Positions 1 to 11,499 of a DNA stretch of 64,000 nt are shown piece by piece. The notes beneath the pieces were generated by a model, which saw only the letters and a program-made list of their open reading frames with translations, was not told the origin of the DNA and made no database searches. The translations under genes were made by a program, and so were the position numbers. The stretch is from Kondoa subrosea (Eukaryota): positions 1 through 64,000 of the forward strand of contig BCIN01000003.1 of assembly GCA_039545335.1 (NCBI GenBank). Direction: 5' to 3'. Each line of letters starts with the position of its first letter. The first letter of the stretch is position 1.

Positions 1-110
1 AACTCTCGCTAACTCTTCATAACTCTCGCTAACTCTTCATAACTCTCGCTAACTCTTCATAACTCTCGCTAACTCTTCATAACTCTCGCTAACTCGATAA
101 CTCTCGCTAA
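1..110. repeat. Terminal tandem array of the 20-bp unit AACTCTCGCTAACTCTTCAT (about 4.5 perfect copies, then a degenerate junction)
   Basis: Visible directly from base 1. The unit is two related decamers, AACTCTCGCT and AACTCTTCAT. It decays at 91-110 (aactcgataactctcgctaa). Confidence 0.97.
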
Positions 111-1033
111 CGAAACGCAGCTTCAAGATATCACAACCAAAGCAGCAGGTCAATGTCAAGCCTGCAAAGACAGAAGAAAGTCTAGCTGAAAGCTATCTTC
201 TGTGCGTCAAATCAAATAGCGAAGTAGCAAGTGGTGAAGCAGCAAGAAAGTGAGTCGCAGCTTGTCAAACAAGAGGTCTAGCTTTCAGTGCTCAGCTTCA
301 GTCAAGTGCCGCGTCCGAGCGAGCGAAAGTAAGCCAGGGCTGAGCATAAGATAGTCTGTCGAAATAGCAGAGCAGAAACCAGTAAGGAGATGTCTTTGCA
401 AAAGGTAGAGGAGAAAGCCGGATAGAGCTTGAGTTCAGAGTCTTGTGTCTCAGCTTCTGTAGAGCTCCTTGTCAGCCTGACCTTGATTGGTAGCAGTAGA
501 CCTGAGAGCAGAAGAAGCTGGCAGCAAGCATCTCTGATCAGTCAGCTAGAAAGGGAAAGAAAAGCGCGAGCTGCCCGTCAGCAAGCTTTGAAGAGTAGAG
601 TGTAAGCAAGTAGTGTCTTCAAGTCTTCCGAGAAAAGGCGTGAAAGCAGTCGCGCGGGCAGAGGAGTCAACAGTAAGAGGGCAAATCGGTGTAGTTCAGT
701 CAAGGCCCTGACAGCAGCAAGCAGTCTTCTGTCTCGAGCAGTGCTTTTCTCTCGAGCCAAAGCTATCGATAGAAGTGAGTCGCAAGCTTAGAAGCAAAGG
801 GCGAGCTGGATTCAATCATTGGAGAAGCTTGGTCAAGTGTGAAGAGTGGAGAGTGAATTCGAGCTTGAGCAAGCCAGTGGAAGTCTTAGTAGCGATCGAG
901 ACAGATTCATTTGTGTCGACTGTATTATGATCATGCTTGAGCTTGACCTTTGACAACACTTGTTGACCAATACGCAAGTTGCAGGAAGCCACCTCTTGCA
1001 GCTTGAAGCCAACCAGCGGGTTGTCAAGACACG

Positions 1034-2110
1034 ATGATTACAAGCCTGTTACATCGACCAGTTCTATCTTACAAGAGATGCAGCAGCTTCCGATGTTTGA
1101 CCACTGGCGTGCCAGAGGCATTGATAGGCTCAAGGGAAAGGATAGCTCAAAAACGGCAGCAGTATGAAGAGAAGTATGGGCAGGCGCTGGAAGCTGCGGC
1201 AAAGGCGTGAGTGAATCCATCATCTGGTAAACGTCTTGCTCAATTGCGATGCTAGGAAAGGAGTAGACTTGCAGACGTTGAAGGACAAGGCTCGTCAAGC
1301 TGAAAAGGTGAAACCGAGCCAGCCATTCAGCTCGGCTCCCAAGCTATCAAGCAATTCATCTCTGCAACAGATACCATCTGCTGTTGTAGCTCCTTCATTG
1401 CCGAGCGGGATCGATCAAGCGAAAAGCAAGAGCGGCATCAAGGTCAGCAGTCCGCTCTTCAGTTTCAGCCGAGCTCAACGTATCTACAGCCTCTTTCGGA
1501 CATCGTAGACCTACAGAAGCTTCTCACAAGACATCCTGCACCTTCAGCCGAGGAGATCTCTGCCCTTTGGAAAGCTTACCATGCTTCAGCCAAATCAACA
1601 ACGAAACTAGGCGCCGTGATCCCAGTCGAAACCTACAGGCGAATGACTGCAATAGCTCGCGAGAATCTGCGCTTCATCCTTCCTCTGCCTCGTGAAACAT
1701 CTGACGGAACAACTGGAGCGGAAAACATCTTTCTCGAATGGGCATTCGTTCCTTCTCCTTCAACCATGCTGGCAAGCACGCCAGAAACGACTACTGTTCT
1801 CTTTACTTCTTTAGCATCGTACAAGAACCATGGGACTTTTGCTCAACCAGCCCTCATTCTAACACATTACACTGATCTTGCCATTTCGCATGGTATCGTT
1901 CTGCTTCGTGGTGAAATCACAGCAAATGATTCAGGATCTGGGCAGCTTATCTCTCAAACCGATGCTCAGCTTTTATGCATGCGTCTGCAGCGGTTCTATG
2001 CTGAGAAGAACGAAGAGTCAAAGGAAAGAAGACTGCTGGCGGACTTTCAAGGCAAGACGGGCAGGGAATTCAAGTATGAAGAGCTGCTTGAAATGGCCTG
2101 GCAATTATGA
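1034..2110 (+). CDS. ATP11: Mitochondrial F1 ATP synthase assembly factor Atp11
   Basis: ATG 1034 gives MITSLLHRPVLSYKRC (presequence-like) then YEEKYGQALEAAAK. Introns near 1207 and 1442. The C-terminal part has EISALWKAYH, FILPLPR, FTSLASYK, LTHYTDLA..GIVLLRGEI and LQRFY, typical of Atp11. Confidence 0.88.
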
Positions 2111-2464
2111 GGTTCTCTGAGGCTATCATGAAAGGATGTTCGTCTTCGTGATCGCTGAGGTCTACATTCGATCAGAGATTCATTCGCGCTCATGCAGAAT
2201 TAGACCACATCGGTAATCAGTTATAGCCAACAGCTCACATGTTATGGGTGCTAAAGATTCGTGAGTCTATCTTCACATTACGGCAACACACATGCTTACT
2301 TACAACTCAGGTGAATCACATAAATTGCTCATTTATTTGCCTATCTGAGACCTCATACGATTCGCTGCACATATATATGCAGGGCAGCACTTCGGGAAAA
2401 TCCACTATATAGTTCTGAACAATGAACATTGTCGCTAATTACATCATTACATCCTTACTATACT

Positions 2465-4572
2465 CTATAATTCTGAATGCATGCCATGCCAGCCACTCTC
2501 GCTGTGGCCTACAGAAGCAGCTGCACATGAAAAGCCTTGCGTGCCTTCTTTGTGCATGACATTCAGAGCCCAATATTGCAGCCAGATGCTACTGGAGTTT
2601 CAGTACCGATCAGAGCAGGACCTTGTGACTTACGCAACAACAATAGCCACATGCCAAAATTGATGACTGTGTAGCAGAGTATCGAATGTTCCGCCAGGTC
2701 GGAATCTTTCCGGCAAATTGAAGCCATAGAAGATAAGTCCGACGATGTAAGCAAGAGCAGACATCCTATGAACGTGAATTTAGTCAATTGGTATGCTGCT
2801 ATCTGAAGTAAACTTACAACACAGGGAAGTAAAACACTATTGTCTCACGCAAGCCATATAGTACAGCCATATGACATTGAGGAACAACAGCACTGAGACA
2901 CATGCTGAGAAAGAAAGCGATTCTCCAGTTCTACAGAGCAGCATTGATCAGCAAAATCCATATATGATAAAAGTCACCAACCTTGTTCCTCCTCTGATTG
3001 AACCACTTCTGCCATGGTAGCAATACACCGCACACGCCAACCAGAAAAGCCGTTGTCGCGTACACTTGTAATAGGTCTGGCCTGCAATAGAAACCGTACC
3101 ATACTATTACAATCAGTGTCAGTAATCCGCATAGACAAATTAGAAAGGTTGTTGGCACTCACTCATGGTAAATATCGAGCTGCAAATAAGCGCAGAGACG
3201 CCGACATAATCCAAACAAGCTGATGAATTAAAGAGATGAAAGGTAGCGCAGCCACTCATTAGATGCCAGAGCGAAGAGAAGAGGAGGCAGGACACAGCGC
3301 AGACCAAGAAAGACAGGCTGACAATTCGATCCAAAGCATGTTCACTCAGGAAAGGTCCAGAAAGGGGATGCAGCGAATAAAGCAGCCAGAATAACGATGC
3401 TGCCCCAAGTAGATGGGTCCAGATATTCATGGTCTCGTTGTGTATTTGAAAAGTGGACAGCAGCAATTCGCGCCAGCCTGTGAATAGTGTGACCGTCAAA
3501 ATGCATGTTTTGTAGTCAAACTGGAATGCTTACGTTCTATGGGTATAAATCGGTAACCGCTAACTATATATTCGTTGTTCTGCCAGGGAATCGGCAAGTC
3601 TTCGTAGCGTAGCAAGCGTTTCGCTCCTTCTTGTAAAGCCAACTTGAATTTCTCTGCTTCTTCTCCAATAAAATTCCCAATCCGCTCTTTTTCCTCCACA
3701 AATGCTTCTTTCAGCTTGTGACCTTCTTCTCTGACTTTGTCTCCAGCTTGCCCAACAAGTTCAGAGGCGTGACTGAGTGTGAAGTTGCCAGCCATGTGCG
3801 ACAGGCGACGACGACTACCTTCTGATGCTGAGTATTGGGCGCCAATAGTATTCAAAGTAGTAGAGATCCATTCTGAGTCAGATCCTAAGCTGTTTCGTAG
3901 ACGAGACAGGGGCAAAGATGGCGGTTCTGGCAGAGTAGCTAGGAAAGAGGAGGTGCTGGATCTAAAGGATTCTAAGGAAGGCGGCGTGATCGAGCCCTTG
4001 ATTGATGCAGACGCAGCATCATAGGCTGCTACTGTGTTGTCAGACATTGTATGTAGGGTTTCATTCAATCGAGAGAGTGTAAGAAAGAGCTTGCTGAAAG
4101 ATGCTGGTGAAGGTCGCTGCGATTTGGATGTCGAAGGTATGGGTTTTGCAAGTGTGCCAGATTCGCCGGTAGAAGGGAGATTTGCTAAGAAGTATGCTTT
4201 GAGAAGGGCGATGTATGCTCTTGATTGAGCCAGGAATTGCCGCAAAGCTACAAAGTCGGCTACTTCTGGCTTGTTAAGATTCCTGTATGGATTCTTCTTT
4301 GATGTTGAAGCAGCCGGTCCTTCATCTTCTGATGATTCCCAATCGCTTTCCTGTTCTAACGCTTGAAGTTCGCTTTCAGCTTCAACAATCAGACCTCGCA
4401 ACAGACATAAAGGAGAGCTGAAGGATAGGTCCAGTGACAGATCAAGCCAATGAAAGATAGATGAGCTGTCATGCGAGCCGGATGAAGGTGCGCAAGAGGA
4501 GTTCGAAGTTTGAGATCTTGTTGTTCTTGGTCTCGAAGGAACTGCAATGGATGCAGATCTTCGAGTCTTCAT
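2465..4572 (-). CDS. PAQR / hemolysin-III family membrane protein (IZH-like)
   Basis: Motifs LPIPWQNNEYIVSGYR, HNETMNIWTHL, FSSLWH, DYVG and PERF..FD..HSHQFWH. Multi-exon; last exon ends HGMHSEL-stop. Confidence 0.92.
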
Positions 4573-4783
4573 TCTGACGCTGGTAATGTAGGCTCCAAAA
4601 CAGGTGCACCAATATGTTGGGATCGATGGAAGTTTGTGTTGACTGAAAACGTTGCAAAACAGAAGTAATGCATAATGTTCGCTTATTCAGCCACTGATTA
4701 CAGCCTCAACAGCGTGATAGGGGAAATGCAGGCATACATGAGCTAGAGTACAAGAGGAGAATACAACAACACCGGTTAGACAT

Positions 4784-6335
4784 TTACAATAGAGGCGTTC
4801 GTTCAGTCGAAATCTGTGTTTCAGACACTGCATTTGCGTTAATGAGACTTGAAGAGGATGCAATAGGCCGATCTTGGGTTGACTGACTTGATATAGGTAG
4901 TGGTGAAGCGGCAGTCGGTTCTGCTGGAGCGGAAGTCGATGGCGAATCAACAGCAAGTCGACAGACCGGACAACAGCGTTTGGTCTGCAGAAGCCATGGG
5001 TCCACGCACGAGGAATGTAGAAGATGTTGACAAGGTAAACAGCGTACAGCTTCGCCTATGCAGAATTCGGAAAGACAAATGGCGCATTCTCTTTGTGTAA
5101 TGAAGTACTTTGAATTAGAGATGACCGAGAAAGGAAGTGGAGGATTCGATGCTGTTGGAGTAGACACTGGTCTGGCGCGGGAGAAGAACGATTTGATCCA
5201 AGCGACACCTCTGATTGGCGTATCGGGCGAATTTGCGGCTTCGAGATCGGATTGACCAGTCCCAGAACTCGCTGCTTCCCGCTTCTCTGTGCCTTCTTCT
5301 CCCCAGACGACCCATGGTACGCTATTGACCAGTTCCTGAGGCGCTCGTTCGTTTCTTCTAGCTCTGGATTGGCGGAACCGATGTGTTGCCAAGGTGAAGA
5401 AGGTCAAGAATGAGGGTAAGAAGAGTAGAAGGAGAACGACATCAGAAGTATCCCTGAACGTCACAGGTAAGAGAAAGTAAAACCCAAATGTCAGAAACGA
5501 CAAACCATTCAACCAATTCATCTTTCGACATAATGACCCGAATACCTTCGACATCTCGTTGCCCCTCTCGTGATTGCTTCTGGATTGTATGATGCCGTGC
5601 TTCGAAAGCATGGAGAAGAGTAGTATAGCTCTGATGACTGATGAAAGCGCTCGGGATGTTGATGTCGGAAGTATCGCCAGGCGCATACATTCCTACCAGC
5701 TGCGGACCACCTATCGTTTCTCCTACACCTCCATGATATTGATCATCACCGACCAAGACAGCCATCGCTCCCATCTCTTGCGCCTTGCGAATCTTGTCCG
5801 CAAAACCACAATGCCCTCTTTGCACTAAAGCAATCCAGTCTTTCGGAACATGAGAAGATGAACTGTCTTTGCTGAGATTGATGGTATGGGCAGGGCAGCA
5901 TGAGTTGTCTTGACTTGCTTCAGTTTTGAATACGGTAGCTGGCATGAGTCGACCAGGAAGTCCGGCTTCATTTTTGATATGAGGACCAAAAGAAGCAGGA
6001 CGAGAAGGATGGAAAGCGCCAGAGGTTTCGACATAGACAGAGCTTTGCGCCCAAGTCGAGAAAGAGCTTGCGCCGACCCAGTCGACCTTGTCATTTTCAT
6101 CTTCGTCCCACCCTAGACCTTCTCCGTCAAAGCCAAGCTCCAGTGTGAGTCTACTGCCTAACGCTTCCACCCAATCAAGGATCTTCTGGGATGAGGGTTG
6201 TGGCGATGAGCCAATGTCAGCGGATTCAAGAGATTCAGAGGCCATATTATGATGAGGAGCAAAGATGAAGAAGTGGACGACCATGATAGTGTTACATAAG
6301 GCTATGAAAGCCAGAAAGCTGGGTCGGATCGGCAT
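4784..6335 (-). CDS. PA-domain transmembrane RING-H2 E3 ubiquitin ligase
   Basis: PA domain (WIALVQRGHCGFADKIRKAQEMGAMAVLVGD..IPSAFI), a TM helix, and RING-H2 (CAICLSEF..LPCQHLLHSSCVDPWL..CPVC). One intron near 5455-5507. Confidence 0.92.
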
Positions 6336-6504
6336 TCTGACGTGGAATCAAGCTATCCAAGCACGGACAGTAGCTGGACCGTCCCTAAGCAGGCAGCGCT
6401 ATGGTATGAATAGGTCCTGGTATGCTTATAGGCCGTACCGTAAGAAGAAGAAACGTTACAGCTTTCGACTCGCTCTTCCGCAAACCAACACCTTTATCCC
6501 AGAA

Positions 6505-6708
6505 ATGGTCAGACGAGCAGTCACCAGCAGCGAGTCATCTTCTTGGTTCGTGAATCCAATGGTCCATATCAACTATATCCTGGACACTCAGTGGAGAAAC
6601 GAAGAAATGCGAGCGTCAAATCTTAATGTTGGTCTGGCTTTATCAGTCTTTGGAGGAGGCATCTATTTGTTTCGATACTTTGGCAAATCAATGGTGCCTG
6701 CAATTTAA
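6505..6708 (+). CDS. Small tail-anchored protein, Tom6-like (67 aa)
   Basis: MVRRAVTSS...NLNVGLALSVFGGGIYLFRYFGKSMVPAI. One C-terminal TM with an F..G..F....M.P pattern resembling fungal Tom6. Divergent from the RING gene. Confidence 0.55.
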   Translation: MVRRAVTSSESSSWFVNPMVHINYILDTQWRNEEMRASNLNVGLALSVFGGGIYLFRYFGKSMVPAI

Positions 6709-7684
6709 AAGGGGAATATAGAGACGAATGGGCAGGAAATTGGCTGAAGGCGACAGACTACGCAAAAGTCAGTTCTTTTGTTCAACGAGATTTTCACTGA
6801 GGCTGATACTAAGGCAAAGTCTCCACAATAAGCTGGACTTGAAACTAGGCTCAAGATTTAGAAGCAAGATTGACCATGGCAAAGCAGAATCTGGTTTTTG
6901 GTTTCAGCAAACTTTGTATCGATGTAATATAGGACACCACTCACAGCAAACACCTCAGATCGCTCGCTTTCCTGTTATCTTGTGCTTTTGGGCTTTCGTT
7001 GACGTTTCTTTACTTCTTTAATGTCAGGCTATTTGATCATGTGCTGTTCTTTCATCGGTTGCTAGTTTGGCAAGTTTGGCATGAACATCTTACAGCTATG
7101 AATTCTGCCATAGATGGCCTGCTCTTCAAGCTTGCATGTGATCTTCGAGCTCTTTCGCCAATCCTGGTACATTTTGCTGCGAAACTAACAATATGTATTA
7201 TCTCAAGTTTGATATCGTTCACTCTCTGTTATATCTAGTCTCAGATCCCACGGGATTGACTGAACAGGACTTCTGTATACTCATGGTAGCTGCTTGCTGC
7301 ACGCTGGCTATTTCTTCAGATCATGCCGTCTGCCCGTGAACGCTGGCTACGGTCAGGAAGTTTCAGTTGCTTAAGGGCTTCTTCCCTTTAGATATGCTTT
7401 TACGTTTGGAAGCAACTCACATACGGTGCTGCAATGGATTGCAGAAGGCAGACGTTGAATGGGCACTTTCGTTGGATTTGGGAATACATAGATCCCTTGT
7501 GTTATTACTCTATATAAGATTAGGACTGCTGTCTGCTACACAGTCCCAGCTATGCATTGAAGCCTACGCTCTTCACTTCAGTATGCTCTTGTTTTGAAAG
7601 CACGTGACTTTGTTTACTTCGGCCTTTCTCCAAAGTGACACTTCTTTCTTTTGCTCTCGAACCATTCACACTCCTTTATCAGCA

Positions 7685-9753
7685 ATGTCAGCTCGTGTTG
7701 CTCTAAGTCCCAGACACCCTACATGGCCTCGCAACAACGCTCAAGCGGCTGGTCTAGACAAACCCAGCCCAGTGACAACACTGCTGAATGAAGCTCTTGC
7801 CTCTAGCAAGAAACGCAAAGTAGTGGACCCTCTACCTGCCTTCGAAGATGAAGTACACCTTGCAGTCAATTCGAAGTCCATTGGTGATCTGTACGGCCTC
7901 GTTGAAGCTCCTCCGACGAAAAAGATTAAAGGAAACAACAAAGTCGCTAAACCTGTTGTGGCTACCACTGCTGCTCCTCCAGCTCGCCCTGTCAAGTCTG
8001 CAAGCACAATAAAGAAGGTCAAGGAAGAAGCAAAGGAATCCAACGCTGAATGGCGGCGCAAGTACTCGAAGATCATGAAAACACATGTCTTCTACTTTGA
8101 TTTAGCTGATGGCATAAGGTCTGTTGACCTCACTGAAGGTGTCACTGAAGCTGGTGCCGTATGTTCCTATTTCTTTCTCGCTCGCTCCGACAGCTCTAAC
8201 ATCAGCAATATCTCACAGTCTATCGAGAATTTCTTCTCCAAGAAAGTCACAGTCGTCATCACTACTCGTCCTCTACCGGTAGATCCTTCTCAAGCACCAA
8301 ATAAAGAGAATGGTCAAACAGCTCGAAATCAACCTGCCGCTCGCAAAGCTCCCAAATCACCTCAACGTTTCGCTGGAAGTATGCTGCATCGCGGGTAAGC
8401 GCGTGTTTTCGATGAGCTTTCAATTCTTCTCTGACCTTTCTACTCAGTCTGAAAGGCTCACCTACGGACAAGAACCCTTTTCTCGACTCGCAAAATATTC
8501 TTCTCAAGGCGCAAGAATGGGGTATCAAAGTCTGGAGTGTTGAAAGTCAGTGCATATTCTTCACATGTGCTTTCAATACTCATCTGCCTACGATGTGTAG
8601 AGGCCTATAATGTCATTCGCGGGCTTTCAGGCGCCGATTCTCCTGCCAAACCGGCAGCTGCCAAAGCTCGGTCTCTACCGCATCTTCTTCGCACTGAAGC
8701 TCTTACTGGCATCACTCACGAACGTGATCCTGATGTTCTTCGTCCTGATCATCAATACTTTCCTCCGCGTTCTTACTATCTCCTTGTTGAAGATTCCACA
8801 GGCGAACATCGTCCAATCATTGCCAAGGAGTATGAGCGACCAAGGAGAGGCGACTCACCGGAATGGCCTGTCTTGCACGGTGGTGTTGAAGGTCGCACGA
8901 ACGCTTTCTGCCCGAAGACTCATGGCGCACCTCTTCCCGTTCCAGCTCTCACTTTCGCTCTTCCTCCGGCTCCAGCAATCAATCGCTTATCTGTCAATGC
9001 TGCAAACAATCTAGGTGTCAATTCACTTCGCAAATCCGTTTCACTGCAAAACATGCAAAAGAAGCTCGGAACTGTTTCTAATGGCCTTCAACCTTCTCTT
9101 CTCCCTGCTCCATCCAACATCAAAGGCAATGAGCGAGACGGTTTCCTTGCAGCAAGTGGAAACAGTCAAGGTCTCACTTCCAACATCGCTTCAATGACTT
9201 CTGGTGCACCTGTTGGACATGGAAACGCTAATGGTGGCGTGATTTTGGACCATCGTTTGGCATTATTAGACAAGAGGCAGTTTATGTCAGGTGTCGGCTT
9301 AGGCAACAAGGCTTTCGAAAGCATTCTCACTAAACCTCATATGCCAATCATGAAGCGTGCGTTAAGCTTGGATGCGGGTCTCAATAAAAAGAATCCTGCG
9401 CGTCCAGACATGCCTCGCAAGCCTGGATATTGTGAGAATTGCAGACAGAAGTATGATGATTTCGCAGATGTGAGTTTCCTCTGCATTTCTTTGTTGGTCG
9501 CAAGAACAAGACTGATGGCATTCTACTTCAGCATGTTGAAAGCAAACGTCATCGCAAATTCGCACTCAATTCTGCCAATTGGGAAGATCTGGACGAAATG
9601 CTCGAACAAGTCGTTCGACCCATTCATCCCGATTACATCGGTCAACTGTCCCCACCTCCTGCAGTCTATGAAAGTGGCAGCTCACCTGTGTCTGAAATTG
9701 AAGCGGATGAACAATCTTATGATTCAGAAGATGAAGAAATGGAAGATTATTGA
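7685..9753 (+). CDS. DBF4: DDK regulatory subunit Dbf4/Dfp1/Him1
   Basis: Motif N (WRRKY..FYFD..IENFFSKKVTVVITTR), motif M (YLLVEDSTGEHRPIIAKEY..WP) and the DBF zinc finger KPGYCENCRQKYDDFAD|HVESKRHRKFA after splicing. Confidence 0.92.
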
Positions 9754-10031
9754 ATGAAAGAGATCACGAGTGGCAGGAGAGGGGTTCATTTTCGTTATTT
9801 CGCAGGCTTCTGGGCTTTTAGCCTGTTATTTCATTGGATTGATTAACTTGTGGATATTGTACATTTAGGTTGATAAGCTGCATTGCATTTGCATTATACA
9901 CACTGGCTCTTTGATTGACTGACACGCCATTGCCAAATTCCCTCTCTTCCCCATTGAATGGAAGCTGGCCAGGTCAAGGTAATGGGTGATAAAGATCAGC
10001 ATCCGGCATAGGAAATAAAAAGGCAGGTTGA

Positions 10032-11073
10032 TCAGAGTGGAGGGCTGCTGATGATAGTGGATGGATTAGAGCAAATGGGTAAGGAGCGGGCTTGTAAGCC
10101 TGTTGTTGATAAGCCACTGTCAGAAGAAGGCATTCCATGAGAATGCATCATACAAAAAGGCAAGAGAAACATGCCATAATCAATGAAGGTCTCAGTGGCA
10201 CCATTCATAGAATGGACGAAAGGCTCATGTTCGGTGTCGGTAGAAGCATCTGAATCAAGAAATGGCAAATCACGAGAAAGAAAGTCGAAGGGACGCCACT
10301 TTTCGTATCGAGGCATAGACGAAGTCGAGTCTGCGGACCCGCAAATCCCTACATCTGATCCATAAAGGGCTGATTGAGAATCGGAGGCAGGTGCAAAGTA
10401 CCCAAAAGCCGAGTAACAAGGTGATGCAGAGATATCTGAGATATTTGATGCGCGATCTGCATGTGTAGTGAGTAAGGCTGACCGATCGCTACCATTCTTG
10501 ATCGATCCATTGGGTTGCGACTCCAAATAAAACAATTGCTGGAAGAGAGGATCCACACGATGGGGAGAAGAAGGCGGCAGCGGTGAGTCTTCACCTCGCG
10601 AATCAGAAGAGGAGGCATATGAGCTGTGGTCATCCTTCGCACGCCCAGCCTTGTCAGCATTCTCTACTGCACCTTTTGGACTTCCAATGCAAGTCGTCAC
10701 AGGTTGTCTAGACAAACTACCTGAATCCACTTCAGAGGATTGACGACGAGTGCGTCCTTTTCCAGATTGATCCTTGCTTCGAGTAGCTTCGTAAGATCTG
10801 CTTTTCGCGCGAGCACGCTGGAACCAGCTCGTCACCTTTTTATTTGAAACGACATGAAAGCATTCTTCAGACGCGAACAAGCATAGGCATACCTGAAGCA
10901 AAGTCACTGTCTCCTCTTTCAGCAGCAAGATCACGCGTCCAGCACAAGCAGCTCTCACAATCCAATTGTGCGGCCAATTCCTTCATTCTAGCTGGAGTAG
11001 GCGAGGCTTCCTCTTCAAACGCCGCAAACAATTCTGGACATGCAACGCTACGTTTGCTTGGTTTCTGTGACAT
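10032..11073 (-). CDS. Homeodomain transcription factor with an N-terminal non-TALE homeobox and an atypical helix 3
   Basis: Splicing introns 10907-10958 and 10836-10892 gives ELFAAFEEEASPTPARMKELAAQLDLTLLQVTSWFQRARAK, an ungapped match to the homeodomain consensus. The 3' end is uncertain. Confidence 0.75.
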
Positions 11074-11499
11074 TTCCAAGTCTTTATGAGAACAGTCAGG
11101 GTTTGGGAATAACTTTGACGGATCATTTCAGGCGTTGTTGAAGTTTGATGTTTCAGAGCAAAATATCGGCTAGAGTACTAGTTCTCGCCTGCTGCTGCGA
11201 TGGATCGGCCAAAAAAATGCTCTGTCTTGTGTCTCCGTGTTCTTCTTCCTGTCTTCTCGTTTCGGGCTTCGAGTAACAATCGATGGTCGGGTGTTCCACC
11301 GTGGTCCAATCTATCTTCCAGAGTATACCTTCGTACGGTGCACAATACGGAAGCTGATATCTTTCGGAATGAATGCTCTAGAGCTGACAATCACAAGCAA
11401 TCGAAGCAATCTTCGCCCGCTTGGTGTTTTGAAGTTTATTTCTATTCCTTGTTGCGAGTCTGCACCTGATTTTCTTGCTGCTCTTATCACAGTCCCATA

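Noticed and set aside
1..110. CRISPR array or coding repeat
   Set aside because: No spacers, eukaryotic context, a 20-bp unit that is not a codon multiple, and stops arising on both strands.
7601..7608. CACGTGAC upstream of DBF4 as a sulfur-regulon site
   Set aside because: DBF4 has no sulfur link. It shows the motif is general and tempers the weight given to the MET30 site.
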